Positions 20,474 to 30,720 of a stretch of DNA of 64,000 nucleotides are shown here, piece by piece. The translations under genes were made by a program, and so were the position numbers. The stretch comes from Cyanophora paradoxa CCMP329 (taxonomy: Eukaryota > Plantae > Glaucophyta): positions 1 to 64,000 of the forward strand of contig QPMI01000693.1 in NCBI GenBank assembly GCA_004431415.1, in the 5' to 3' direction. The notes beneath the pieces were generated by a model that saw only the letters and a program-made list of their open reading frames with translations, was not told where the DNA came from and did no database searches. Within the stretch, counting starts at the first letter, position 1, and every line of letters begins with the position of its first letter.

Positions 20474-20947
20474 TCAAAGGGATACAGAGCCCTCGAGATC
20501 AAAGGTAATCGACCTATCATCTATGCTAAAGGGATAGCCGCACTGCTGGTGCAGCTGATCGACCTTCATCTTGAGGGAGCCCATCTGCCTCCGCAAGACC
20601 CAGATGTTGCAGTCGTAGTCCTCGAAGAAGGTGTAGGCGAGGGAGCGGCCCGAGGGCGAGATCGCCGCGCAGAACGAGGCCCACTCGGGCACTTTAACGT
20701 GGGTGCAGCTCAAGCGCCCCGCGGAGAAGGTAACGATGTAGGCCGTGTGCCCGGTGTGAGTCTTGGCGCAGGAGACAAGCGTGAAGGAGAGGCCGTCGTC
20801 GGAGAGCTTCATGAGGAGGATCTTGCCGGGGCAGTCCTTGCAGTCGTCCACCTCGCCCTTCTTGAGAACTTCCACCTCGCGGTCGATGGGCTCGCCGATC
20901 ACGCGCACGGTGTATTCCTCGACGAAGAACTGGGCGACAAGGGCCAT
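20474..20947 (-). CDS. Hypothetical beta-rich protein, 157 aa (propeller-blade-like AISPSGRSLAY)
   Basis: ATG ORF with shared upstream motif block. Confidence 0.65.
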   Translation of the reverse strand: MALVAQFFVEEYTVRVIGEPIDREVEVLKKGEVDDCKDCPGKILLMKLSDDGLSFTLVSCAKTHTGHTAYIVTFSAGRLSCTHVKVPEWASFCAAISPSGRSLAYTFFEDYDCNIWVLRRQMGSLKMKVDQLHQQCGYPFSIDDRSITFDLEGSVSL

Positions 20948-21071
20948 GTTGCCTGCTTAAGTTTGCTCTGCTGTGAGTATGTGCGAGGAAACGCGGCGCG
21001 GCGCTCGCCTTTAAGGGCGCTTCAGGTGAGCGTCAGCTGAGTCAGCTGAGCGCTCACCTGAGGTTCACGTG

Positions 21072-21184
21072 AGGGCAACTTGAAAGTTCGGCGTCATTTA
21101 CGTCCGCGTCATTTACGTCAGCGTCATTTACGTCACGGAGTTTGCCGGCGACTCGGGACCTGGGCCAGGGCCCGAGGAAAAAAA
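21072..21184 (+). repeat. Third copy of the GCGTCATTTACGTC x3 repeat arm
   Basis: Direct repeat of 21921-22013 and inverted repeat of ~22258-22370. Confidence 0.92.
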
Positions 21185-21228
21185 TAAACTTGAACTTGGC
21201 GCCATTTTCTGATGCAAGTCTACCCACC

Positions 21229-21612
21229 ATGGAGCCTGCCATCTCCCAGCTAGTCTCCCAGGGCGCTAAGCTCGACAAGGCCCTGAACATCTACCTTCAG
21301 CTGATCGAGCTGGCCTGGCCGGAGCCAATGATAGCTCAGGCCTGCAAATCGCTCCACGTGGCGTTCGATGCGCCGTTCTCAGGTGACCCGGATCAGGTGA
21401 CTTCCTGGACCAAGGAGGAGATAAAAGCCGACTTCGAGGCGCTTTTCTCATTTATGAGCAAGAAGTATGCCGAAATCGAAGCAGCTAAGGCCTCAGCAGC
21501 CGAAGGCGGTGAAGCCCCAGCCGAAGGCCCTGCCGGCGACGAAGGCACCGAAGTTCAAGGCGCTGGGCCCTCTGCAGAGGGCGAAGGCCAAGGCAGACCT
21601 GCGTCCGCGTAG
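21229..21612 (+). CDS. Hypothetical protein
   Basis: ATG 21229 preceded by the ATTTTCT motif. Confidence 0.6.
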   Translation: MEPAISQLVSQGAKLDKALNIYLQLIELAWPEPMIAQACKSLHVAFDAPFSGDPDQVTSWTKEEIKADFEALFSFMSKKYAEIEAAKASAAEGGEAPAEGPAGDEGTEVQGAGPSAEGEGQGRPASA

Positions 21613-21920
21613 CCCCAAGGAGATAGCCAAGGAGGCCAGCAGCCACAGGCCCGACTGGCCGGCGCCGGCGCCCTACCGCTACCTCAAGCTGGACAAGAGC
21701 AACGATACTGGCTTCACTAGGAGAAGGTGGCCTGAGCCCCTCAGGTGGCTGGAGCCAAGGGAGATCAAGTCTGGAGGCGGTATCGAGCTAGCGCTAGCGC
21801 TGGGCGGCGGCGGTGCAGACTTGGAAGAGCAGGCCCTGCTAGATACCATCAACTTGGGCCAGGTAGAGCTGTGATATCTAGCTAGCGCTAGCGCTTGCTG
21901 AATTAATTAACCGAAGGGTC

Positions 21921-22351
21921 GCGTCATTTACGTCCGCGTCATTTACGTCAGCGTCATTTACGTCACGGAGTTTGCCGGCGACTCGGGACCTGGGCCAGGG
22001 CCCGGGGAAAAAAATTCGAGACTTGGAAAAATAGGGTATCCCTATTATTTAACGTTATTATTATTACTATTATCGTTATTCACATTGAATGAATGCTTAA
22101 ATCTATAAAAGGTGTACCGGTACCGGTAGCTAGTAGTACTCAGCTAGTAGTACTAAGTAGTACTAAGTAGTACTAAGTAGTACTAAGTAGTACTAGCGGT
22201 ACTAGTAGCTACTGGTACTAGCGGTAATAGGGATACCCTATTTTTCCAAGTCTCGAATTTTTTTCCTCGGGCCCTGGCCCAGGTCCCGAGTCGCCGGCAA
22301 ACTCCGTGACGTAAATGACGCTGACGTAAATGACGCGGACGTAAATGACGC
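21921..22351. repeat. 127-bp inverted repeat (21921-22047 / 22225-22351) around an AT-rich spacer with tandem TAGTACTAAG units; candidate origin or terminus junction
   Basis: Arms are reverse complements with about one mismatch; no ORF in the spacer. Confidence 0.92.
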
Positions 22352-22421
22352 CGAAGTTTCAAGTTGCCCTTCGTTCGCAGCCTCCTGCGCCTCCCACAAT
22401 TTTCCAAGGTACCCAGCAAGC

Positions 22422-22712
22422 ATGGACTTCACCGATTGCGCAGGTATCAAGCAGGAGCCTGAGGACCTTCTCTCCGTTGCCGCCGCCTCCGCCCCCAAGC
22501 AGCGCCGCCGCCGCGGGCCCAAGTCCCTTAGCTCCGAGCCCGAGATCCTGGCGACGCCGGCGCGCGAGCCGGAGACCGTGGACTTGACCTTGGAGGAGCC
22601 CGCGCGCGGCCCGCCGCGCCTCCTGATCCTTGCAGCGGCGGCCGCCGCGCTCTACTACGCAGCCCGGCGCCTGGGCCCGCAGCTCTCGGGCCTGGCCCGG
22701 AACCTTTTCTAA
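22422..22712 (+). CDS. Small protein with C-terminal hydrophobic helix
   Basis: LLILAAAAAALYY; upstream ATTTTCC motif. Confidence 0.6.
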   Translation: MDFTDCAGIKQEPEDLLSVAAASAPKQRRRRGPKSLSSEPEILATPAREPETVDLTLEEPARGPPRLLILAAAAAALYYAARRLGPQLSGLARNLF

Positions 22713-22723
22713 GTCCCTCCTCA

Positions 22724-23065
22724 ATGGAGGCCCTGCTAGATCTCATGGCCTTTGCGCTGCCCATCTTCTTCCTAGTGGGCCTCAGCCGCATGGAGCGCGA
22801 GGCGCGCCAGCCCGAGCGCGTCGAGCGCGGCCTCAGCGCCGAAGAGCAGCGCGGCCTCACCGAGTGGGACCTGGCGCTCATGGCCGGCCGCATGCTCAAC
22901 GGCGACGCGCTCGAGCCGGGCCACCGCCTCAAGCTGGAGGACGGCGGCACGGCCCTCTGGGACGGCGCGGCCTGGAAGCACGATTCGACGGGCGAGCCGA
23001 TGAAGCTGCTCGCCTCCGGCAACAAGTACTGGCGCGGCGACTCGATGGAGTTCCGGCGCCCGTGA
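22724..23065 (+). CDS. Small protein with N-terminal TM/signal segment
   Basis: LMAFALPIFFLVGL; upstream TTTTCT motif. Confidence 0.65.
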   Translation: MEALLDLMAFALPIFFLVGLSRMEREARQPERVERGLSAEEQRGLTEWDLALMAGRMLNGDALEPGHRLKLEDGGTALWDGAAWKHDSTGEPMKLLASGNKYWRGDSMEFRRP

Positions 23066-23091
23066 TTTTCTAGCCCTTCTACCAGCAAAGA

Positions 23092-23376
23092 ATGGCTGAC
23101 CCCTCGCCCGACCAGGCCGCAGGAGTTGAGAGCGCTGGCAGCTCGGACGAGTACTCGGAGCTCTCGGATCCGGATCCCGACGAGCCGTCCGACGCCTTCG
23201 CGACCGAGAACGAGCGCTCCCTCATGCGCATCTACGAGTCCCTGCGCGAGGCGATCTACTGGGAGGACCCGCGCCTGGGGACCCTCATGAACTTTTCCAA
23301 GTTTGCCGAGTTCATGTTCGCTATGACCGTGCCCTTTACCCGAGTCGTGCTCTGGGATAGGAACAGGAACTGGTAA
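23092..23376 (+). CDS. Acidic hypothetical protein, 94 aa
   Basis: ATG ORF with upstream ATTTTCT motif. Confidence 0.65.
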   Translation: MADPSPDQAAGVESAGSSDEYSELSDPDPDEPSDAFATENERSLMRIYESLREAIYWEDPRLGTLMNFSKFAEFMFAMTVPFTRVVLWDRNRNW

Positions 23377-23789
23377 CGGCATTGAATACAAGAGTACAGA
23401 GCCCTACGAGCTAGAGCTGCTATCGCCCGAGTCCAGGCGCGCCTTCTTGGCCTTGGAGCGGCGGAGGCGGGAGACGTACTGCAGGAGACGCCGGCCGTGG
23501 TGCCCGGCAGCCCGGGAACCGCGTCCGTGGGCAGCAGCTGGCCCTCGCGTATCGCCCTGTACGTCTTGCGCTTGTTGAATGCAACCTTCTCCGTATCCTC
23601 CGTGCCGTCGTACTCGGACGTGGGAAGGAACTGCGAGGCGGTCTTGGGGACTTCTAGAACCAGCGCGCGCTTGGCCTTCTTGATGGAGACTGCGTTCGCG
23701 CGCTCCAGCTTGACGCCGGGCTCCAGGGGGGTACCGTCCGCTGCGTTCTCAGCGAAGGAGACACGGGGGGAAGAGCCGCCGCGGGGCAT
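23256..23789 (-). CDS. Hypothetical protein (3' end uncertain)
   Basis: ATG 23789 with upstream TATTTTCT motif; C-terminus overlaps the convergent gene. Confidence 0.5.
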   Translation of the reverse strand: MPRGGSSPRVSFAENAADGTPLEPGVKLERANAVSIKKAKRALVLEVPKTASQFLPTSEYDGTEDTEKVAFNKRKTYRAIREGQLLPTDAVPGLPGTTAGVSCSTSPASAAPRPRRRAWTRAIAALARRALYSCIQCRYQFLFLSQSTTRVKGTVIANMNSANLEKFMRVPRRGSSQ

Positions 23790-23801
23790 GGTTCGCTCGC
23801 T

Positions 23802-24203
23802 TTACCTAGCCTTTAGAAAATAGTCGAGCTGCGCGCTCTGCAGCCGCGCGCCCTGGTAGGCGCCGCGCAGCTTCCACGCGAGCCAGATCGCAAGGAGCAC
23901 CGCGGCGACGCCGGCGGCGATCTTGGCGTAGTGCCAGCCCTTCATCGCAAGCTCCGGCACGGCCGCAACCGCCTGGCCGACCTTCACGCCCGCGGCGCCC
24001 GTCCGATCGATTCCCGTCAGCGTGCTGCCGAGCGCGCCCGCGGCCACGTCGGCCCAGGGAAGCTTGCCGTCGTTCTTTAGGATGAGCTCGTTGTTCTTGC
24101 GCTCGATCGTCGTGCTGATCGCCGCGGCCAGGTTGAAGCTCGGCGGCGGCTGCGCGCTCTTCGGGCCGAAGACCTTGGTCAGCACGGCGTCCACCCAGCC
24201 CAT
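23802..24203 (-). CDS. Membrane protein, 133 aa
   Basis: IAAGVAAVLLAIWLAW TM helix; N-terminal MG. Confidence 0.7.
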   Translation of the reverse strand: MGWVDAVLTKVFGPKSAQPPPSFNLAAAISTTIERKNNELILKNDGKLPWADVAAGALGSTLTGIDRTGAAGVKVGQAVAAVPELAMKGWHYAKIAAGVAAVLLAIWLAWKLRGAYQGARLQSAQLDYFLKAR

Positions 24204-24229
24204 CTTTAGCTAGCGCTTCGAAAATCTAT

Positions 24230-24700
24230 CTAAATCGCGAAGCCGCGCAGGTACCAGACCATGAGGAGCGAGCCGCCGAGCGCCACGAGCAACGGCAGGT
24301 GCCCGTCGACCGCGCGCCGCGCCTCCCAGGCCCAGATCTCCTGGCGGCTCAGCCCGTTGGCGTTGTCGAAGTAGGCGCTCACGTCGTACGCGCGGCCGCC
24401 GGGCGGGTGCAGGCCCTCGCCCAGGCGCGGGTAGGCCTCCGCCTGCCTCTGCGAGACCAGCGCCGCCGTCGCCGCGTGCGTCGCCTCCCTCTGGCCCGGG
24501 GCGATCGCCACGAGGGACAGCGCCCCGATGCCCCTGCCCTTGCCCGCCGCCCGGATCGGCTTCAGCGAGGGCGGCGCCGGGTCCGCCGCCTTGATCCTAG
24601 GCCCCTCCGCCCCGCCCCCCTTGGCAGCTTCGCCGATCTTACTGCAACGCGAGTCCGATTTGAACACCGTACACAGCAGCTTCTCTACGGCGTTCGGCAT
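24230..24700 (-). CDS. Tail-anchored membrane protein, 156 aa
   Basis: C-terminal LLVALGGSLLMVWYL. Confidence 0.7.
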   Translation of the reverse strand: MPNAVEKLLCTVFKSDSRCSKIGEAAKGGGAEGPRIKAADPAPPSLKPIRAAGKGRGIGALSLVAIAPGQREATHAATAALVSQRQAEAYPRLGEGLHPPGGRAYDVSAYFDNANGLSRQEIWAWEARRAVDGHLPLLVALGGSLLMVWYLRGFAI

Positions 24701-24814
24701 GTTCAGACGTGTAACGTGAATGAAGAAAATTTAAAAGGGAACGTCGACGGACTTGAGCAACTTGGAAAAGGGAAAGGGGGGAATTGAACTTGGGAAAACT
24801 TTGAAAAGGGAGAG

Positions 24815-25006
24815 TTAACGCCCTGCGGGGCGCATGCCGGCCGTCGCCATCGAGTAGGAGCCGGGGGCGTAGAGGGTCTTGGCGGCGTAGCCGAAGCCCA
24901 CGCCTATGACGGCCGAGGCCGTGGGCGTGCCGCCGAGGAGCCAGGTGAGGGTCGCGGCGAGGGCTCCAAGGGTGTAGTGCTGTGGGTAGCTGTCAGCGAG
25001 GGCCAT
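24815..25006 (-). CDS. Small hydrophobic protein, 63 aa
   Basis: Two hydrophobic segments; upstream TTTTTTCT motif. Confidence 0.6.
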   Translation of the reverse strand: MALADSYPQHYTLGALAATLTWLLGGTPTASAVIGVGFGYAAKTLYAPGSYSMATAGMRPAGR

Positions 25007-25054
25007 CGCGGGACCGAATTGGAAGGGGTTGAGAAAAAATACCGCCTCGAGGCC

Positions 25055-28000
25055 TCAGTGGTGGAGGTGCCGGAAGCGCGCGTTGTCCTCGGCCTCCTCG
25101 CGCTCCGCCTGCATCTCCGCCGCGTCGATCTCCGCCCGCGAGGCCTCCAGCGCCGCGGCCGACGCGTAGTCCTTGGGCACGGGCACGCGCCGGTAGCTGT
25201 AGCCGAGGCCCTTCGCCAGCCCCGCCGTCTCCGCCTCGAACGCCCGCCAGCGCTCCGAGGCCTCCGCGCCGGAGATCTGGCCGGCGCGGAAGCCCGCCTC
25301 CAGCTCGGCGCGGAAGGCGAGGGTGCGCTGGAGGCGCTGGGCCCAGAGGCCCTGGCGCCGCTCCTCCGCCTCGCGCGCCTGGCGCGCCGCCAGCGCCTGC
25401 CGCTCGGCCTCCTGCTGGGCCCCGAAGCCCTGGATCGCGGAGAGGACGGCGCCGGGGCCGGGGACGGGCGCGGCGAAGGCGGCGGGGACGGGGCTGCGGT
25501 CGGCGAGGGAGAAGGGAACGGGGCTGGGGCCGGCGCTGCTGGAGGGGCGGCCGAGGCCGAGCGCGCGCGCGAGCCCGAGGCCGAGCGCGAGCCCGAGCTG
25601 CCGTAGCCGCTGGGGCCGGCGCCGCCGTCCACGGGGCTGCTGCGGAAGCTGCCCGCGGGGGAGGCGCCCTCGCCCTGGCCCGAGGGTCAGGAGGGGGGCG
25701 GGGGAAAGGGGGGTACGGGGAGGGCGCGGGTGCGGGGCCGGACCTGGCGCGGCAGCATCTCGTCGATGCGCTGCTGGCCGGCGTGCTGCTGGGCGGCGGG
25801 GGCGAACGACGGGGGCGGGGGCGGGACGAAGCCGGGGGCCGAGTTGCGGGCGCGCTTGCCCTTGCCCCTGGTCGAGGCCTTGACGGGGAAGGGGCCGATC
25901 TCCGGGTCCGCCGGCAGGGTGAAGCGGATGGCCTGCAGGGCCGGCTGGCTCGCGCCAAGGGAGAGCGGGGCCTTGGGGACGATGCCGCGGATGTAGGTCT
26001 CCCAGACGCCGCCGGCCTTGTAGGAGAAGAGGCCGCACTTGGGGCCGAAGGCGGCGATGGTCTCGTCCAGCGCGCCGTTCTCGATGTCGGCGGCGAGGGC
26101 GGCGGAGGCGTCCGGGCCCTCGGTGCGCGAGACGTACTCGCAGATGCCCGCCACACTCGTCATGCCGCCCTCCGTCGCCGAGCCGACGAGGTAGGTGGTG
26201 GGGTCGACGACGCAGTGGGTGATGATGAAGCGGGTGAGGGAGCAGGAGGCCGTCTCCTGCCAGAAGGCGAGGCGCTTCTCCCGCAGCCACACCGGCTCGA
26301 AGGCCTGGATGCACGTCGCCTCGCCGTCGGAGAGCGCGTGGATGATCTTCCAGGCGTAGGTGTAGGCCACCACGTTCAGCGCCGGCAGCTCGTTCTCGCG
26401 GATGTCGGCCTGGAGGTGGGTGCGCTTCTTGAGCGGCTTGTGGTCGAGCGTGATGAGGACGATGCGCGAGAAGAACTCCAGCATGCGGTTCTCCAGCTGC
26501 GCGCGGGAGGGGTGAGAAAGGAAAGGAAAGGAAAAGGAAAGAAAGGGAGGGGGCGAACCTGCGGGAAGCCGTTGCAGACGATCACAAGCGTCTTGCGCAG
26601 GGGCTTGCAGCGCCGGTCGCTGCCCTTCGCGAACTTGAAGTTGCGAGCGTAGGCGTCGCCCGAGCGCATCTTGAGCTCCTCCTCCGTGCAGGCCTTCAGG
26701 TCAAGGCCCTCCGCCATGATCATGCAGAGCGCCTCCTCACCGCCGTGCTCCGAGAAGGCCGAGCCCCTGGAGGGGCGGTAGACGCAGATTTGACCCGGCG
26801 CATAGCACTCGTTCATGATCCCCGTCACCGTCGACTTGCCTGCGCGCGCGGCCGCGGCGTCAGAGAGAAAGGGAAAAGGAAAGGAAAGGAAGGGGGCGCA
26901 CCGGTGCCAGACTGGCCCTTGATGACGCCGCAGTACTGCAGCTGGGCGCCCTCCGCCGGCGCCTCGAACTCCGCGCGCGGCGCACGGTCGAAGACGGGCT
27001 TGTCGCAGAAGTGCCACGGCCCGACGGTGTTGAAGGCGTAGAGGACGGCCGCCGCGTATCCGATCTCGTCCGGCGTCACGTAGCCGTTGTCCGCCAGGTG
27101 CTGAGCGCACTTGGGCATGTGGTCGATGAGCATGGAGAGGACGCGCGGGAAGTCGACGTTCGCCGCCGCCTCCTCGATGCCGTCCGGCAGGCGGCCCTGG
27201 ATGTAGCAGGTGTTCATGTAGCCCTTGTACCGCTTCTCCGCCACCTCGTGCGTCATGATGAGGACGCAGGCGTCGCCGTTCTTGTCCTGCGGCGTCCGCA
27301 CGACGAAATCTGCGCAAAGGAGGGCGTCAGGGGGGTACCGGGAGGGGGGGGGGGGTACGGGGCGCACGGGAGTCGCAGGCGAAGGGGTGGCCCGGGATGA
27401 CGGGCATCTCGGGGCAGACGTCGTGGAGCAAGAGAGACTTCTCCACGAATCGGCGGATCTCCCCCGTGAGCACCTCCTTGGAGAAGGTGAACTCGAAGAG
27501 CTCGGGCTTGTCGCCGTACGCAGCGTGAAAGGCCATCGCCAGCTTCGAGATCACCTCGTCCATCGTGCCGTTGCCCTCGAACTGCGTCGCGGTGACCTTC
27601 TCGTAGACGAAGCAGCCCGGCAGCTTCTGCATGAAGACGGGGTCCTCCCCGGGGGCCATCGGCCGCCGGCGCGCGATTCCCTGCGGGGCGCGGGCAAAAA
27701 GGGCGTTAGCGGGGCTCGATCGAGGGGAGGGGGGCGCACCGGCCGGAGGCGGCCAGCGCCTTAAGCAGCTGGGCCACGGCCGCCTCCGGCTTCTAAGGGG
27801 GGTGGGCGCGCAGGCAAAGGGGCGCACCGACGCAGAAATCCAGGCGCGCAGCGAGTCCTGGATGGCAGCCTTCTTGCGCGCCATGTTGTCGTCCTTGTGC
27901 GTCGTCACTCGTTCGTACCGGCGCGTGTTGATCACCGGCGCCGGGATGACCGTCGCCGCCAGCTCCGCCCGCGCCACCTCCAGCTTGTTCGCGCGCGGCG

Positions 28001-30460
28001 GCTCGTCGTCGCTTGCCGTCTCCAGGCCCTCGTCGTAGTCCTCCTCCGCCCCGCCTCCCGCCGCTGCCGCTGCCGCTCCTGCCGCTCGCGCTCCTTGCGC
28101 TGCTGGGCCCGGCGGGAGCGGGGCGCGGCGCGGGCGCCGGAGGGGCCGGAGGGGCGGAGGGGCCGGAGGGCCGGAGGGGCCGGAGGGGCGGAGGGGCATG
28201 CGGGCCGGCGGCGGGACCTGCGAGAGGCGCACCGGGCTGAAGTCCCTGAAGGCCGAGGGTTGCCGCTCGGGCGCCAGGAGACGTCGGAGGCGGCGGGGCT
28301 GGCGGGGGCACGGGGCGGGCGGGCGGCGGGGGAGACGAGGGGCGGCCTGGGGCCAGCGTCGCCGGGCTCGTCGTCCGAGAACTCCTCCACGGGCGGCGGC
28401 GGGGCGTACTCGAGGGAGGGGGAGGGCGGGAGGGGGTAGAACTCGTCGACGGGGGGCTCGGGCTCGAAGGTGTCCCCCGCCGCCGCCGCCGCCGCCAGCT
28501 CGGCGTCGGCCTCGCCCTCGCGCTCGCGCTCGCGCTCCAGCTCCATCGCGTACTCCTCCGCCACCTCCAGCTCGCGCGCCGCCTTCGCGTCCGCCGCCGC
28601 CGCCAGCGCGGCCTCCTCCTCCATCTCGCGCTCGGCCTCCAGCTCCTCCTCTGTGGGCAGGGTCATTCCTTTGCGGCGCCGGAACGCCCTAGGCTCAGAA
28701 TTTTGGGGTGGGGAGGGCGCACCGGCTGGCTCGGGGCCGGCCGCCTTGGGGGCCGCCGCCTCCATCTGCTCGCCGAGATCGCGCCGCGCCGCCGGGGCGG
28801 GCACGTCCTCCTTCTCGAACTTGAGGTTGATGTAGGCGACCTTGCCCTTGCCCTTGCCCTTCGCCTGGGCCTGGGCCTGGGCCACGCGCATGGCGCGCGC
28901 GAGGCCCTCCGCCGTGATCTTGCTAACTCCGGCCCCGTCGCCGGAGGCGGAGGCCGTCGCCTCGCCGATCGCCGCCTTGAAGACGGCGGTCATCTCCCGG
29001 CCGGCGCGCGGCAGGCTCCGCGCCCGCTCGAGCTCCTCCTCCGTGAAGTCCAGCGCCCGGGCCGCGGCGGCGGCCTCGGCGTCGCGCTCCTCCTCGGAAT
29101 CCGAGCCGGAATCCGAGGACTCCGTGGCCGCGAGCATGGGGCGGGGGCGGGAGGCGGCGGCGGCGGCGGCGGCGGCCGCCTTGTCGAAGACGGGGACGAA
29201 GAAGGCGAGGGCGAGGGTGCGCCGCGGCACCACGTACTTGACGGCGCCGTGGATCATGGGGCGCCCGTGCGAGTCCGGCATCGAGCACCGCCGGATGACC
29301 TGCGAGGGGGTTTAAATGGCATCTAAATAGTCTAAATAGCATCTAAATAGTCTAAATAGCATCTAAATAGCATCCAAATAGAAACGGCGCACCTGCACGC
29401 GGTCGCCGATGGTGACGCCGGGCACCTCGAACTCCGGAACCAGGTCGAAGGCGCAGATGCCCTGGCGCCCGTGGCGGTCCCGGCACGTCCGGCAGGCCGC
29501 CTCCAGCACGATGCGGATGGCGTAGGCGTCGGTGAGGACGCCGGTGTCCGGCCGCTCGCCCCAGACCGCCGAGCTCTCGTGGCGCGTGATGAAGTCGCGG
29601 CTGTTCTGCTTGATGCAGCGCACCTCGATGCCCATGATGCCCTTCGCCAGCATCTGCGGGCCGGCGGGGGTCGGCGGGGAGGGGCGGCCGCGGCTGCGCG
29701 GGCGGCTGGGGCGCACCTCGGGCTTGTAGGCCGGGTCCGAGCTGAGCACCAGCAGCCAGAGCAGGTGCCCGGCCGCCTCCGCCATGCGGTTGAAGTAGAA
29801 CTCCTCCGGGCCCGTCAGCAGGCCAATCGTGCGCCACTCGCCCTTGGCGATGTGCCGGGGCACGGCGCCCATGAGCAGCCGCAGGCGCTGCGCCGCGAAC
29901 AGCCGGCGGGCGTCGGCATCGCGCCCGGGCTTCGGCTTGCTCGGCGTGTCGAAGTTCTCCTCCGTCATGTTCAGCGCCGCGTGCATCGCCCGCACGTCCG
30001 CGTCCTGCGATGCGCCGCGGCGCCTCAGCCGCTGCGAGCGCAGAGAGAAAGAGGCAGCGAGCACCTCCGCGAGCCGCAGCCGCGACAGGACGGAGTCGAT
30101 GGAGAACTGCACCGACGGGCCGGGGGCACCCTCGGCGTTCAAAGTCTGCGCCGCGGCCAGCTTGCGCTTGCGCTCGGCCAGCTCGGTCTTGCGCAGCACA
30201 TCCTTGCTGTTCGGGCTGAACTGCATGCCGTCCTCCAGCGCCCGGGCCTGCGCCTCCTTTGCCTGGTCGCTGATGCCGGCCTCGAAGACCGTCCAATCGA
30301 TGCCGAAGCTGTCGCCGACGCAGAGAACGTCGTACAGCGTGTTCCTCGCCAGCTTAGCCGGGATCTCCGGAGGGAGCGCGAGCCGAGACATGCCGCCGCC
30401 GCTGCTGCTGCCGCCGCTGCTGCGAGTGCTGCGCGCGGGCTGCGAAGGCTTTGGCGCCAA
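25055..30460 (-). CDS. Large multi-exon replication protein with D5-like SF3 helicase domain (ends approximate)
   Basis: Minus-strand GT-AG introns at 30005-30064, 29654-29716, 29300-29392, 27769-27827, 27681-27739, 27310-27367, 26840-26901, 26497-26558, 25675-25743. Splicing yields Walker A GQSGTGKST, Walker B CMIMAE and motif C LVIVCN. Frame is unresolved near 28.2, 27.7 and 25.55 kb. Confidence 0.78.
26840..26901 (-). other. 62-nt spliceosomal-type intron inside the helicase Walker A motif
   Basis: GTGCGC donor, pyrimidine tract, CTGAC branch point, GCAG acceptor; removal joins G|GC to give G-T-G-K-S-T. Confidence 0.9.
29320..29381. repeat. ATCTAAATAG-type minisatellite inside the intron 29300-29392
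   Basis: About six imperfect 10-11-nt units; AT-rich island in GC-rich DNA. Confidence 0.85.
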
Positions 30461-30720
30461 GTTTCCAGCTGGTTTGAACGAGCGGCTTGCATTGCATCGC
30501 CAGAGAGAAAAAGCGAGAAACCGACGGGGGGTTGCAGCCTGGGGGGGTACGCGATTTTGAGGGGGGGAGAAGCGCGCTTCAAGTCTGAGTCTTTGCGAGT
30601 TAGGGGGGGGAAGAAGTCAACGGGGGAATAAACCGTGAACGGAATCCGTTGAGACGTTGTTGTGAACCCCGCGGGCACTAACAGCTGCGCACGTAGTTCG
30701 TTGAACCCGTCTGCCGCACC

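Noticed and set aside
28137-28197. GGAGGGGCC repeats as a G-quadruplex element
   Set aside because: Lies in a Pro-rich linker of the helicase gene; no independent support.
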